The position numbers and the translations under genes are program-made. From IMG/VR virus record IMGVR_UViG_3300033075_000716, positions 3,935 through 67,934 of that record: 64,000 nucleotides of DNA, one strand, 5' to 3'. Below are positions 1 to 9,367 of this stretch, in pieces. The stretch is from a virus (taxonomy: Duplodnaviria > Caudoviricetes). Every line of letters starts with the position of its first letter. Position 1 is the first letter of the stretch. Under the pieces are notes generated by a model. It was not told the origin of the DNA, did no database searches, and was given only the letters and a program-made list of their open reading frames with translations.

Positions 1-1
1 C

Positions 2-268
2 GGCATATTTTACACCCACACGATTGTCGGTAATTTCTCGGTGTGCCCGACTTCTGGGAAGGTGCGATTGTCGACCTGGACCGAAAATAATGCGAGGGAT
101 TGCCACGGTGAGGAGGACGGCAAAGCGAAGGCCGAAGCGTGGTATCTGGAGCGCCTACTACCGGCACTGGATTTGGCTGGCGAAGTCTGCACGCGTGGGG
201 AATGCATGGTCCACGAGGCTGCGTCGCGAGTGAAGTTGCCGGATGTTTTCTCGGAGGCTGATAAATGA
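2..268 (+). CDS. hypothetical protein, 5' partial
   Basis: Frame is open from base 2 to the stop at 268 and overlaps the next ATG (ATGA coupling). Confidence 0.4.
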   Translation, partial: GIFYTHTIVGNFSVCPTSGKVRLSTWTENNARDCHGEEDGKAKAEAWYLERLLPALDLAGEVCTRGECMVHEAASRVKLPDVFSEADK

Positions 269-579
269 CGATCCAAGAAGCGATTGACAAGATCCAGTCG
301 ATGGCCGTAATCGCCGAAACAAGCACGGATCGGCACTTGCGGTCATCTTACCTTTCGCCGCGCGATGCCGAAGCTCTGCGTCTCGCCCTTCGCGTTCTTC
401 GCGGGCAGGAGATTGCGGAGCGGCGGGGGTGGAGACCGATAAGACAATGCGATTTGTGGTATCTTCCAGAACAGCACCCACTCTATGTTGATCGTGGTTC
501 ATCTACCCCAACCGACGCACTGATCGCGGCAGAGGAGTGGGTTGTCGCGAACGTCGAAAACCAATCGAAAGGGAATTGA
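265..579 (+). CDS. hypothetical phage protein
   Basis: 104-aa ORF translationally coupled to both neighbours. Confidence 0.5.
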   Translation: MTIQEAIDKIQSMAVIAETSTDRHLRSSYLSPRDAEALRLALRVLRGQEIAERRGWRPIRQCDLWYLPEQHPLYVDRGSSTPTDALIAAEEWVVANVENQSKGN

Positions 580-581
580 CT

Positions 582-989
582 ATGGAGATTTCCGACTTAA
601 TTCGAGAATCCCACGAGACCGCAAAGGCGAAAGGCTGGTGGAACCAAGAGCCTGCGAGGTCTTTACCGGAACAGATTGCGTTGATGCACTCGGAGTTGTC
701 CGAGGCGTTGGAGGAATACCGCAAATTTGGTGTCGGAGGCGGGCACCATGGCGGGGCGGCGCACGGGACTGATCTTTACGACGGCCTTTCCTGCGAAGAG
801 GGTGATGTTGTTATTCCCTTGTGGTCCGGGAAAGGTAAGCCTGAAGGGATTGCCGCTGAGTTTGCCGACGTTTTGATTCGCATCGCCGACACATGCGGCA
901 AATATGACATCCCTCTTGAGGAAGCGTTGAAGGCGAAACTCGCGTACAACAAAACGCGACCGCATAGGCACGGCGGGAAGAAGTGTTGA
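582..989 (+). CDS. MazG-like nucleotide pyrophosphohydrolase
   Basis: Motifs KGWW, IALMHSELSEALEEYR, EFADVLIRIADTC and KLAYNKTRPHRHG fit the phage MazG/dUTPase-like family. Start placed at ATG 582. Confidence 0.8.
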   Translation: MEISDLIRESHETAKAKGWWNQEPARSLPEQIALMHSELSEALEEYRKFGVGGGHHGGAAHGTDLYDGLSCEEGDVVIPLWSGKGKPEGIAAEFADVLIRIADTCGKYDIPLEEALKAKLAYNKTRPHRHGGKKC

Positions 990-1162
990 CGCGCGGGGCG
1001 GATGGGTTTGGATCAACGGACCGGTAACCAGAGAGCGCGTACCATCGGTCGCAGGACCAGCGAAGTAGGAAGGGACTTCCTACCATATTTGGGAGGGAAT
1101 TTGCAAAATTGAGTGGTTGGATTTTGATTCGGCGGGCGTGTACAGGATAAAATGCGAGGGCG

Positions 1163-1756
1163 ATGAACGAAAAACAGAAGTTATTTTGCGAAGAATACTT
1201 GGTTGACCTGAATGCAACTCAAGCCGCTATTCGCGCCGGTTATAGCCAAGACACAGCAGGCGCAAGCGGATTCCAGTTATTGAAAAATACTGAAATCAAA
1301 AGCTACATTCGCGCCGCACGCAACCGCTTGATAGCCAAAACACAAGTCGTTCAAGAGAATGTCCTTGCGGAGTTGTCGAGAATTGCGTTCAGTGATCCGG
1401 CAGACTTGTTCGATTCGGATGGGCAGCTTCTCAGCGTTCGCCAGATGCCAAAACGGGTCAGGCAGGCCGTGCAGTCAATAAAAATCTCTCGTAAAAAGGA
1501 AGGCGATGAGGTTGTCGAAACGAAGGAGATACGATTTTGGCCGAAGGTGACGGCATTGGAGAATTTAGCCGAACATCTTGGGTTGTTCCAAAAAAGGAAA
1601 GAGGAAACGGGGACTACTGTAAACATTTTGCAAGTGAACGTAGGCGAACTGCATGACAGCCAACTTGAGCAGCTTGCGTCAATCCTTGGGGGAAGTGTCC
1701 CCAGACGAATGGGAGAAATTGCGCCAACGGGTCGAAATGGAACGCTGCAGACGTAG
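1163..1756 (+). CDS. terS: terminase small subunit
   Basis: N-terminus KQKLFCEEYLVDLNATQAAIRAGYS is the Terminase_2 signature; lies directly before terL. Confidence 0.92.
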   Translation: MNEKQKLFCEEYLVDLNATQAAIRAGYSQDTAGASGFQLLKNTEIKSYIRAARNRLIAKTQVVQENVLAELSRIAFSDPADLFDSDGQLLSVRQMPKRVRQAVQSIKISRKKEGDEVVETKEIRFWPKVTALENLAEHLGLFQKRKEETGTTVNILQVNVGELHDSQLEQLASILGGSVPRRMGEIAPTGRNGTLQT

Positions 1757-3194
1757 CTTCCTTTATTTCGTCGAGACGTATTGCCAAGTGGAAGCGAAGG
1801 ACGACGGCACCGGCGAATGGGTGCCGTTTACGCTCTGGCCGGCTCAACGCGATGTTGCGAACAGGATGCAGAACGAAAAGCTGCTTGTGGTCCTCAAGGC
1901 CCGGCAGCTTGGCTTGACATGGCTTTCCGTGGCGTTCGCGCTTTGGCTGATGGTGTTTCATCCGATTTCGACCATCCTCATGTTCTCGTTGCGTGACGAG
2001 GAAGCCAAGAAGTTGCTCAAGCGACTTCGCGGTATGCACGCTCGTTTGCCGCCTTGGATGCGATCCGGCGTGAAGAGTCGGCAAGGCAAGGTAGACAGTC
2101 AGCACGAAATGGAATTAGAGAATGGGTCGAGCGCTCAAGCGCTGAGCCGCGCGGCGGACAGCTACACGGCATCGCTCGTCGTTGTGGACGAGGCCGACCT
2201 GATCCCGACGTTCGGCGATTTGATGGCATCTCTCAAGCCGACCATTGCTGACGGTGGGCGGATGTTGCTCGTGTCGAAAGCGAACAAGGGAAAACCTAAT
2301 TCGCCGTTCAAGGCGATTTACCGCGAAGCCCACGGCGGGAACGGGCAATGGAAGGCGATCTTCCTGCCATGGAACGCCAGGCCCGGCCGGACAGCGAAAT
2401 GGTACGAAGAGGAAAAAGCGTCTTACGAGAAGACCTACGGGAGTTTGGACGATTTCCACGGCAACTATCCAGAGACGCCGGAAGAGGCGTTAAGCCCACG
2501 CACGCTCGACAAGCGAATCCCGTCCGCGTGGTTGCGGCAATGCTACGTCGAGACCAAGCCGGTTGACCTGCGGAAGATCCCGGCCGTCTTGAATCTCAAG
2601 AGCCTGACGGTTCCAGGCGTGAAGGTCTACAAGCTGCCGGGGCCGAAAACGAAGGCGGTTTGCGGGGCAGACCCGGCGATGGGCAACCCGACTTCCGATG
2701 ATTCGTCCGCCGTGTGGATCGACCAAGCGACGGGCGAGGAATTGGCCGTCCTGTCCGGCAAGCTGGAAATGAGCGTCTTCGGCGGTTATGTCGCGGCGGT
2801 GTCGCGTTGGTACAATAAAGCCCCGGTGATGATCGAGGAAAACAACCACGGCCACACGGTTATCAAGCACATGCGGGACCACGAGAGCGATATCCCGTTA
2901 TTGACCGGGCACCTCGGGCGCACGGGCTGGGTAAGCAGTCAGCTTGGCAAGGTTCTGCTTTACGATGGCGCGGCGGATGCGTTCAAGAACATCGAGACGA
3001 CGATTCATTCCTTCGATGCGTTCTGCCAACTGGCGAGTATCGATGGGAACACGCTGCGGGCGCCGGACGGGGACCACGACGATTTGGCGGACGCCTATGC
3101 GTTGGCAATCGCTGGGCGTAAAAAAGCGGCTGCGTTGTGCATGGATGGTTTCCAAGGCGCCCGTCTTCGTTCCGGCATTGGAGCATTCCGTTGA
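1653..3194 (+). CDS. terL: terminase large subunit
   Basis: Walker A-like LKARQLGLTW, Walker B VVVDEAD, RNase H-like nuclease motifs GADPAMG and HDDLADAYALA. Confidence 0.93.
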   Translation: MTANLSSLRQSLGEVSPDEWEKLRQRVEMERCRRSFLYFVETYCQVEAKDDGTGEWVPFTLWPAQRDVANRMQNEKLLVVLKARQLGLTWLSVAFALWLMVFHPISTILMFSLRDEEAKKLLKRLRGMHARLPPWMRSGVKSRQGKVDSQHEMELENGSSAQALSRAADSYTASLVVVDEADLIPTFGDLMASLKPTIADGGRMLLVSKANKGKPNSPFKAIYREAHGGNGQWKAIFLPWNARPGRTAKWYEEEKASYEKTYGSLDDFHGNYPETPEEALSPRTLDKRIPSAWLRQCYVETKPVDLRKIPAVLNLKSLTVPGVKVYKLPGPKTKAVCGADPAMGNPTSDDSSAVWIDQATGEELAVLSGKLEMSVFGGYVAAVSRWYNKAPVMIEENNHGHTVIKHMRDHESDIPLLTGHLGRTGWVSSQLGKVLLYDGAADAFKNIETTIHSFDAFCQLASIDGNTLRAPDGDHDDLADAYALAIAGRKKAAALCMDGFQGARLRSGIGAFR

Positions 3195-3214
3195 CCTACC
3201 GGCAAGATTACGTC

Positions 3215-3475
3215 ATGGGGTGCGGCGAAGCGTACAAGGTATGGCTGCGGATTGATGAGGCGACGAAGGATACAAAGCGGACGGTGACGGCTTGGCATGA
3301 GGGGGAGCGGTATGTGTGCGCTGGGCAGATGGCTGATTTGTACCGGGCGTGTTCTGGCGGCGTTGGGGTGGTGATTGTGCCGGCCGCGTTCGTTTACAAT
3401 GGGGTGTGGCTTTGGCGAGAAGGGGCCGTCGTGCGTGAGGCGGCGAAGTGGGGTGGATTACAAGGAGTGAAGTGA
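3215..3475 (+). CDS. hypothetical protein
   Basis: ORF after terL, coupled to the next gene; start placed at ATG 3215. Confidence 0.4.
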   Translation: MGCGEAYKVWLRIDEATKDTKRTVTAWHEGERYVCAGQMADLYRACSGGVGVVIVPAAFVYNGVWLWREGAVVREAAKWGGLQGVK

Positions 3476-3843
3476 TGGGCACGTTTGAAAATGTCGCTAG
3501 GAAAGTCGTTCGCGGGCTGGAAGACGGGAGCATCGTTCTCGGCCTGGCAGAGTCCTCCCCGGATGTTGTCATCATGGGGAAGGAGTTGACGCCGGAAGAG
3601 TCCGCAATGCTCAATGTCGCTTCGCCCAAGCCAATGAGCCTTTCTCCCGACAAGGAATACGTCGACCAGAACGGCGTGATGGTTCATGAATGGTTCTACA
3701 CTACAGACTCCATACCGACCGAGTTCCCGCCGAGTGCGAACGGAATAAAACGGGTTTCGCGGTGCGTCCTTCACCGGGCGGACGGCATTTATGTGGTGGC
3801 AATAAAAGACGTTGGAGTCGTCACGCCAAAGGCAACCAAATGA
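3475..3843 (+). CDS. hypothetical protein
   Basis: ATG 3475 after GGAG; globular-looking 122-aa product. Confidence 0.55.
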   Translation: MGTFENVARKVVRGLEDGSIVLGLAESSPDVVIMGKELTPEESAMLNVASPKPMSLSPDKEYVDQNGVMVHEWFYTTDSIPTEFPPSANGIKRVSRCVLHRADGIYVVAIKDVGVVTPKATK

Positions 3844-3971
3844 GCAAGAAATCACGCGGGCGAAAGCGTCCCAGTCGCAAAACGATCAAATCGCGTTGTG
3901 AACGGGATCGCGAGCAATCGACGGCATGGCAGACGCGCAACCACTTGAGGCCGAAGCGGAAACACAAGTAG
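3840..3971 (+). CDS. small, highly basic peptide
   Basis: ATGA overlap with the previous stop; MSKKSRGRKRPSRKTIKSR... (43 aa). Confidence 0.3.
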   Translation: MSKKSRGRKRPSRKTIKSRCERDREQSTAWQTRNHLRPKRKHK

Positions 3972-3998
3972 GCGGGATGGAGTGAGACTGCATTATAG

Positions 3999-5612
3999 CT
4001 ACGCCAACCCCGCCCGGTATACCCGCACATGCTTCCCTAACCCAAACCCCGGATTCATCTCGTTAAAGTCCAACACAAGCCGCGCCGCTGCCGTGCTGAC
4101 AGTCCCGAGCGAGCCGATAACCCCGGCGTCAATCCGCTGATCGTCCGCAGCGCCCAGCGACGTGTCGAACGGCGTCAGCAGGCACATGAACGGCGTGCCC
4201 GCCGACTTCGCGGTCAAGATGAGGTTGGACCCTGACCGCGACGGTGTGAGAGCAGATAGCTGCGGATAGGTGACGGCCGACAAGTCGAGCCATGCGGCAA
4301 CGATGTTGTCGATCACTTCCGTTGTTGTCGTGCTGCCCGCGATGAACGTGTTCGTCTCGCCGAAGATATCGACCTTGATTTCGTCGGTCGCTTCCCATGT
4401 CCCGGCGAAGGCGTAGGTGTTGACCTGGGCGACACTGGCGACGGCTTGGTATGAATCGACCACCCGACCGCCGGAATAAACCTCGATGGGATTTGTCACG
4501 GCTTTTGTGCGAGCATCCCCATCAAACGTAAGCAAAGCCCCATCGCTGATTTCCGCGTATCCGCCAAGCGTCCCGGACGTGTTGTAGATGATCGACCCGC
4601 CACGGCAAAGAAGCGACGATACCGCCCCCGTGCCGTTGATTGTGACCGACCCGCCGAAGTTCTGGATGGCGGCTATCGCCGAATTCGTGGTCAAGTCGCC
4701 AGCGTGTTTGATGATGCTGGTCAAGGTGCAACCCGCGCCGGTGCGAACCGTGCCGCCGGTTTGGGTGAACGTCCCGAGCGTCGTCGTCTCGCCGCCGAAC
4801 ACGGCGAAACCAACCTCTCCGCCAAGGACGTTGAACACGTTGGCGGCGTTTGTGCCCTTTAGCAAGACCGCTTCGATGCCTTCATCCGGGCCGCTGTCCG
4901 ATCCGAACACATTGACGGCGGCGGCAAGCGCTGAGCCGAAGTCCAACTGAACGCGGGTCGATCCATCCCCGTCCCGTGAACCGATATTCACGAGCGTTGC
5001 GCCCGCGACTTTTAAGTATCGAGGACGGTATTCCGGGTAAGCAGTCGCGTCTTCGTTGATTGGCGGCAGTCCGATCTTTGCCGACGTAGGAGCGTGGATC
5101 GTCAACGTGGTGATAGCAGTCAACGCTTCCAGGTTGTAGCTAAGCTCCACGTCAGGATCGTCAACCCAAAGCGTATCCCCGTTCGCCGGCAAAGCGAAGT
5201 CATCGTAATTTCTGGCCACGCCGACATCGGACGGGCCGCTATTCGCGGTCGAAATGGTGCCGGCGGAAGAAGCGCCGCCGTCAATCGTCCCTGATGCGGA
5301 ATTTGTCGCCACGGTACAAATGATCGGTTTGCCAACGTGGTCGCCCTGAACGGTAAGCGTGAACGTATCGGCCCCGTCTTCCGTGGCCGCCGCCTCTGCG
5401 AACTCCGGATAAACGTCGGCGTCGAGCGCCGCCCATGCCGCAATCATGTTGTCAAGAATCGTTGTGATGACCGTACTGCCGGTGGTCATTGTGTACGTCT
5501 TGCTGCCCACGGTGAACGTAATCGTTTCGTTCGCGAGCCACGTTCCAGCGAGAACGTAATCGGTCGCTTGCGCGACGAGTGGAGCGCCGCCAGTGTATCG
5601 TTTTACGGCCAT
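3999..5612 (-). CDS. putative virion protein with two copies of a sheath-insertion-like beta module flanking a beta-helix-like region
   Basis: RBS GGGAG before ATG 5612. Internal repeat VAQATDYVLAGTW...AAW...YPEF versus VAQVNTYAFAGTW...AAW...YPQL. G/T/A/V-rich middle region. Confidence 0.6.
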   Translation of the reverse strand: MAVKRYTGGAPLVAQATDYVLAGTWLANETITFTVGSKTYTMTTGSTVITTILDNMIAAWAALDADVYPEFAEAAATEDGADTFTLTVQGDHVGKPIICTVATNSASGTIDGGASSAGTISTANSGPSDVGVARNYDDFALPANGDTLWVDDPDVELSYNLEALTAITTLTIHAPTSAKIGLPPINEDATAYPEYRPRYLKVAGATLVNIGSRDGDGSTRVQLDFGSALAAAVNVFGSDSGPDEGIEAVLLKGTNAANVFNVLGGEVGFAVFGGETTTLGTFTQTGGTVRTGAGCTLTSIIKHAGDLTTNSAIAAIQNFGGSVTINGTGAVSSLLCRGGSIIYNTSGTLGGYAEISDGALLTFDGDARTKAVTNPIEVYSGGRVVDSYQAVASVAQVNTYAFAGTWEATDEIKVDIFGETNTFIAGSTTTTEVIDNIVAAWLDLSAVTYPQLSALTPSRSGSNLILTAKSAGTPFMCLLTPFDTSLGAADDQRIDAGVIGSLGTVSTAAARLVLDFNEMNPGFGLGKHVRVYRAGLA

Positions 5613-5646
5613 GAAATCTCCCTTTGAGTGTCCATTCCAGGGTATG

Positions 5647-5691
5647 GCGTGCAACTATTTTCCGACCTTGCTTGCGGGCATTGTTGCACGC
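5647..5691. promoter_or_regulatory. divergent pair of TTGCACGC motifs (putative late promoters)
   Basis: GCGTGCAA at 5647-5654 faces the minus-strand gene. TTGCACGC at 5684-5691 lies 14 nt before ATG 5706. The motif recurs at 11879, 18113, 25508 and 30291. Confidence 0.6.
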
Positions 5692-5705
5692 TGTCAGATA
5701 GTTCC

Positions 5706-6947
5706 ATGGCAAGCGTCGTTAAAGATTCCCTCTGGCCCGGTGTGTACCATCTTCCCGATGGCCGCATGTTTGAATGCAAGAGTCAAGAACTCTCGCATTA
5801 TCAGACGCGGCTAAACGACATGGTCCGCGCCGGAGTGCCGATCCCGTTCAATTGGGAACATCAGGTCGATTCGCTGCCGAAGTCTCGCAAGGAAATCCAG
5901 CTTGCCCTCGCCGAGAAAACACGGTCGACTCTGGGATGGGCGAACGGCGCGAAGGTGCATGCCGATGGGTTCCTTGAAGCGAACCTGGAAGTACCCGACG
6001 ACGCGGATCGCAAGCGACTCCCTTCCATTCGATTCATCTCGCCAACGATCAAGAAGGACTGGACGGACCCCAACGGCCGATTCTGGCCTGGGCCGTCGAT
6101 CATCGAATTCGCGGCCACGTCGCGCCCTGTGCAGATGGGCCAACGGCCGTATCAGCTTTCCGCGAACCAAAACGATAACGGGCCGTGGTGCCTGTCGATT
6201 GTTCAACTTGGAGCAAATGCCATGGCCGAAGACCTTGACGACGTGACCACGACCGAAGAAGACACCGACACGAGCGGCGTTGATGATGCTGTCGAAACGC
6301 CGCCCGAGCCGGTGGTAAGTCCGCAAGCCGAGAAGATGGCCCAAGCCGTTGCGGCACTTGCCGGTATGGGCATCATTTTGGGCGAAGACGTGACGCCGAA
6401 GAACTTTCACGAGCGGCTTGTCGTTGCGTTGGCGACGAAGGACGCGCACGAGAAGAAGGATGATCCGGCGTCGGCGAATGGCGACCCGAACGCGCCGATT
6501 ACGGAGGCATCGACCCCAATGATGATGAGCATGGCGAACCAACTCAAGATCCTCAAAGACCGCGCCGAGAAGGCTGAGGCCGTCATCGCGCAGGATCGCA
6601 AAAACACGGCGAAGCGACGTCTGGCCGGCCTAAAAGGTTTCGTGGCGGACGACGAAATCACCAAGCTATCGGCGGCTTTGGACAAAGAGCCGATCACGCT
6701 GAGCGCGGACGGGTTCTCGCCAACGATGGTCCAAATCGCCGCTTACGAAAAGGCGGCGAAGGCACTCGTCGCCGCCGGCGGCGGTTTCGTGAACCTGTCC
6801 CAAGAAATCACCGAGGCGGAACCGGCCATGTCCTGGGTCACGCCTCAAGACCGGCATGGCGATGTGACGCCGCCGGAAGAACGTGAAGCGGAAGGCGACA
6901 AGATTGCCTCGTACCTCACGCGAGGCAGGCACAAGGCGAAGGTGTAA
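5706..6947 (+). CDS. Mu gpI-like prohead protease/scaffold
   Basis: N-terminal protease-like domain (PIPFNWEHQ, RFISPTI, ATSRP) followed by an acidic and coiled-coil scaffold region; upstream of decoration and capsid genes. Confidence 0.75.
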   Translation: MASVVKDSLWPGVYHLPDGRMFECKSQELSHYQTRLNDMVRAGVPIPFNWEHQVDSLPKSRKEIQLALAEKTRSTLGWANGAKVHADGFLEANLEVPDDADRKRLPSIRFISPTIKKDWTDPNGRFWPGPSIIEFAATSRPVQMGQRPYQLSANQNDNGPWCLSIVQLGANAMAEDLDDVTTTEEDTDTSGVDDAVETPPEPVVSPQAEKMAQAVAALAGMGIILGEDVTPKNFHERLVVALATKDAHEKKDDPASANGDPNAPITEASTPMMMSMANQLKILKDRAEKAEAVIAQDRKNTAKRRLAGLKGFVADDEITKLSAALDKEPITLSADGFSPTMVQIAAYEKAAKALVAAGGGFVNLSQEITEAEPAMSWVTPQDRHGDVTPPEEREAEGDKIASYLTRGRHKAKV

Positions 6948-6950
6948 CCA

Positions 6951-7418
6951 ATGGCGAATGCAGTGACGAACCTGAATCAGCAACAACCCAAAGCGAAGGC
7001 CGAGACGAAATCCGACTCGACCGACACCAGGACGGGGCACGACCTGCTTGCGTATCTCACGCAAACAGGAAGCGGCCCTGCCCGCCTCAGAAGGATCGGC
7101 GGGTTCCTACACGATAGCCCGAAGATTTCCGCCGAAGAACTCTATCGCGAGATGGAGGAAGCGGAGCCAGCGTTTTCGATGGGCACGCTGCAAAAGGCGT
7201 GTAAGTTCGTTTTCGGCGAACAGGCGGAGCCGACGACGCTGGTTCAATCGAATCCGGCGGACGAACTCGCCCGGTTGCGGAGCGAAAACGAAAACCTGAA
7301 ACGCAGCATCGCCGACCGGGACGCCAAGAACGCCATGCTGGCGAAGCGGTTGGAACTTGAACGAACCAAAGTCGCTGACAACCTTCGCGCGATCGCGATG
7401 AACAAGCAAACCGTTTAA
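6951..7418 (+). CDS. hypothetical head-region protein with C-terminal coiled coil
   Basis: 155-aa ORF in the head operon; ELARLRSENENLKRSI heptads. Confidence 0.6.
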   Translation: MANAVTNLNQQQPKAKAETKSDSTDTRTGHDLLAYLTQTGSGPARLRRIGGFLHDSPKISAEELYREMEEAEPAFSMGTLQKACKFVFGEQAEPTTLVQSNPADELARLRSENENLKRSIADRDAKNAMLAKRLELERTKVADNLRAIAMNKQTV

Positions 7419-7452
7419 CCATCCACCCTGAACCGTTTCGAGGATACGAAAT

Positions 7453-8157
7453 ATGACTATCGCCTATGGCGCTTTGCGGCCTGGAATCGGAACGGCTCGC
7501 GAGGCCACGCACCGAACGATTTTCCTGAACAACTCCGAGTGTTGGCTGCCGGGCGGCAAGACCATCAACGGTTCCGCGTCGCGCGATCCCGGCAATACGC
7601 CGGTCGGTGTTTTGCGCCCCGGCTTGCTGATGGGCAAGATCACGGCAACGGGCCTTTATGCTCCATCCATCGTCGGCGTCATCACCGAGGCTTACACCTC
7701 GGGCGGAACCGAGTTGACCGTCAGCGTCGCGCAGGCCACGGAACTGGACCGACTCGTCGGACAGGCTGGGACGGCGGAGCTTGTCGCGATTGGACCGCCG
7801 ACGGCGGCTGGCACAGTGGCCGTTACCGACATCACCCACTCCGCAATCGTCACGGCAACGGGCGTCATTACCGTGTCGAGCCTCGGCGTGGATAAGATCG
7901 CGGGCACGCTCATTGCCGTCAAGGACGGACGACAACTGCCCCGCACGTTCATCGGCGACCGCGAGTACGGCATCCAAGTTGTCGACCAGGACGGGACTTC
8001 CGTCGCCGCGGTGGACTTCCCCAAGGTTCCAACGGCGGGGCAAATCGACGCGAGCCAGCTTATCAATTGGCCGTCCGACACGTCGTTGCAAACCTGGATC
8101 ATCGGGCAAATCAACGGCGACGGCGGCGGCTTCTTTGTTTTCGACAATCGTTACTAA
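7453..8157 (+). CDS. head decoration protein (lambda gpD-like, with insertion)
   Basis: LRPGLLMGKITATGLYAP motif; immediately upstream of the major capsid gene. Confidence 0.7.
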   Translation: MTIAYGALRPGIGTAREATHRTIFLNNSECWLPGGKTINGSASRDPGNTPVGVLRPGLLMGKITATGLYAPSIVGVITEAYTSGGTELTVSVAQATELDRLVGQAGTAELVAIGPPTAAGTVAVTDITHSAIVTATGVITVSSLGVDKIAGTLIAVKDGRQLPRTFIGDREYGIQVVDQDGTSVAAVDFPKVPTAGQIDASQLINWPSDTSLQTWIIGQINGDGGGFFVFDNRY

Positions 8158-8205
8158 ACCAACGGCGGATGTGGTCCGCATTCTGGAATTTAGAGGACTT
8201 CTTCC

Positions 8206-9300
8206 ATGGCATACTCGCTCAATCAGATTTTGGGCCACGTCCCGTTGACGAAGGCATTGCGCACCAACAGCGCCGTGCCGAATCCATTCCCCGAGCAGCT
8301 ATTCACGGTTGCTGCGGAGAATCGGGTAAGCGGGGACCGCGCCCAATTTATCCAGATTTCCAGCGACCGACGCACGGCCCAGTCCGTGCCGTATGGCGCG
8401 CCGTCCAAGTCTCGCACGCTCCTTGAGATTGGCGAGAAACCGATGCGGATGTTGCACATTTTCGAGAATATCCGCATCGACATGAACATGCTTCTGCAAT
8501 TGCGGAGCTTCGATCAGTACGCGCAGGACAAGGGCCGCGACTGGCTGAATCATCAGCTTGTCGAGGCCGGTCGCCGCGTGGGCAATTCGGAACTTGTCGC
8601 GACTTCGACCGTCTTGCGGTTTGGCGAAATCTACCGCGATATCGACGGCAACGTGCTGCCGACTTCCTCTGGCGCGCAAGACACGTTTTCCTTCAACGTG
8701 CCCGCGACGCATCAAACGACCATCAACGGCATCGTTTCCGCATCCTGGGCACTGTCCACGACCGACATTCCCGGACAGTTGCGAGCGCTGCACCAGTACA
8801 ACGCGCAGGAGCACGGCCCGCGGCTCAAGACGATGCTGTACGGCATCAACTTGCCGAATTACCTCATGCAGAACGACCATGTCCAGGCGCACCTTGTTCG
8901 CAACCCGTCGATGAACGAAAAATTCCTCGGCACCGGCGAGATCCCGGAAGGGCTTTTCGGGTTCAACTGGATTCCCGTTTACGAGGCGTTCATTTCCAAC
9001 GACGCCGGAACGAACACCGAGCTTTGGGACGACGATTTGTGCGTCGCCCTGCCCGACGTGAGCCAGGCCGACAATATGGATTGGTGGGGCATGTTCGAGG
9101 GGTCTTTCATGGTCCCGCGCAAGATCGACATTGCCCGCGATGGCTTGGCGATCCAAGGAAACTTTGAGGAGACTTTCGGCAAGTTCTCCTATGCGTCCTC
9201 CGAACTCGATCCGCCGGGCGCCACGATTCGATATGGGCATACGTTCCTGCCGGGTCTTCGCAATCCGAAAGCGATCTATCAGATCGATACCACGCCGTAA
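8206..9300 (+). CDS. major capsid protein (lambda gpE-like family)
   Basis: 364 aa, strong RBS GAGGA, position after the decoration gene, followed by a GAAA-tetraloop hairpin at 9325-9344. Confidence 0.8.
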   Translation: MAYSLNQILGHVPLTKALRTNSAVPNPFPEQLFTVAAENRVSGDRAQFIQISSDRRTAQSVPYGAPSKSRTLLEIGEKPMRMLHIFENIRIDMNMLLQLRSFDQYAQDKGRDWLNHQLVEAGRRVGNSELVATSTVLRFGEIYRDIDGNVLPTSSGAQDTFSFNVPATHQTTINGIVSASWALSTTDIPGQLRALHQYNAQEHGPRLKTMLYGINLPNYLMQNDHVQAHLVRNPSMNEKFLGTGEIPEGLFGFNWIPVYEAFISNDAGTNTELWDDDLCVALPDVSQADNMDWWGMFEGSFMVPRKIDIARDGLAIQGNFEETFGKFSYASSELDPPGATIRYGHTFLPGLRNPKAIYQIDTTP

Positions 9301-9367
9301 AAACGCCTCAACCCTCCGTAAAATCGCCCCTGGAAACAGGGGCGGGAACCATATAAGGAGAATCACA

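Noticed and set aside
3999-5612. Calling this gene the tail sheath (myovirus)
   Set aside because: It lacks the conserved sheath C-terminal domain, and no baseplate J/wedge genes are recognisable in the window.
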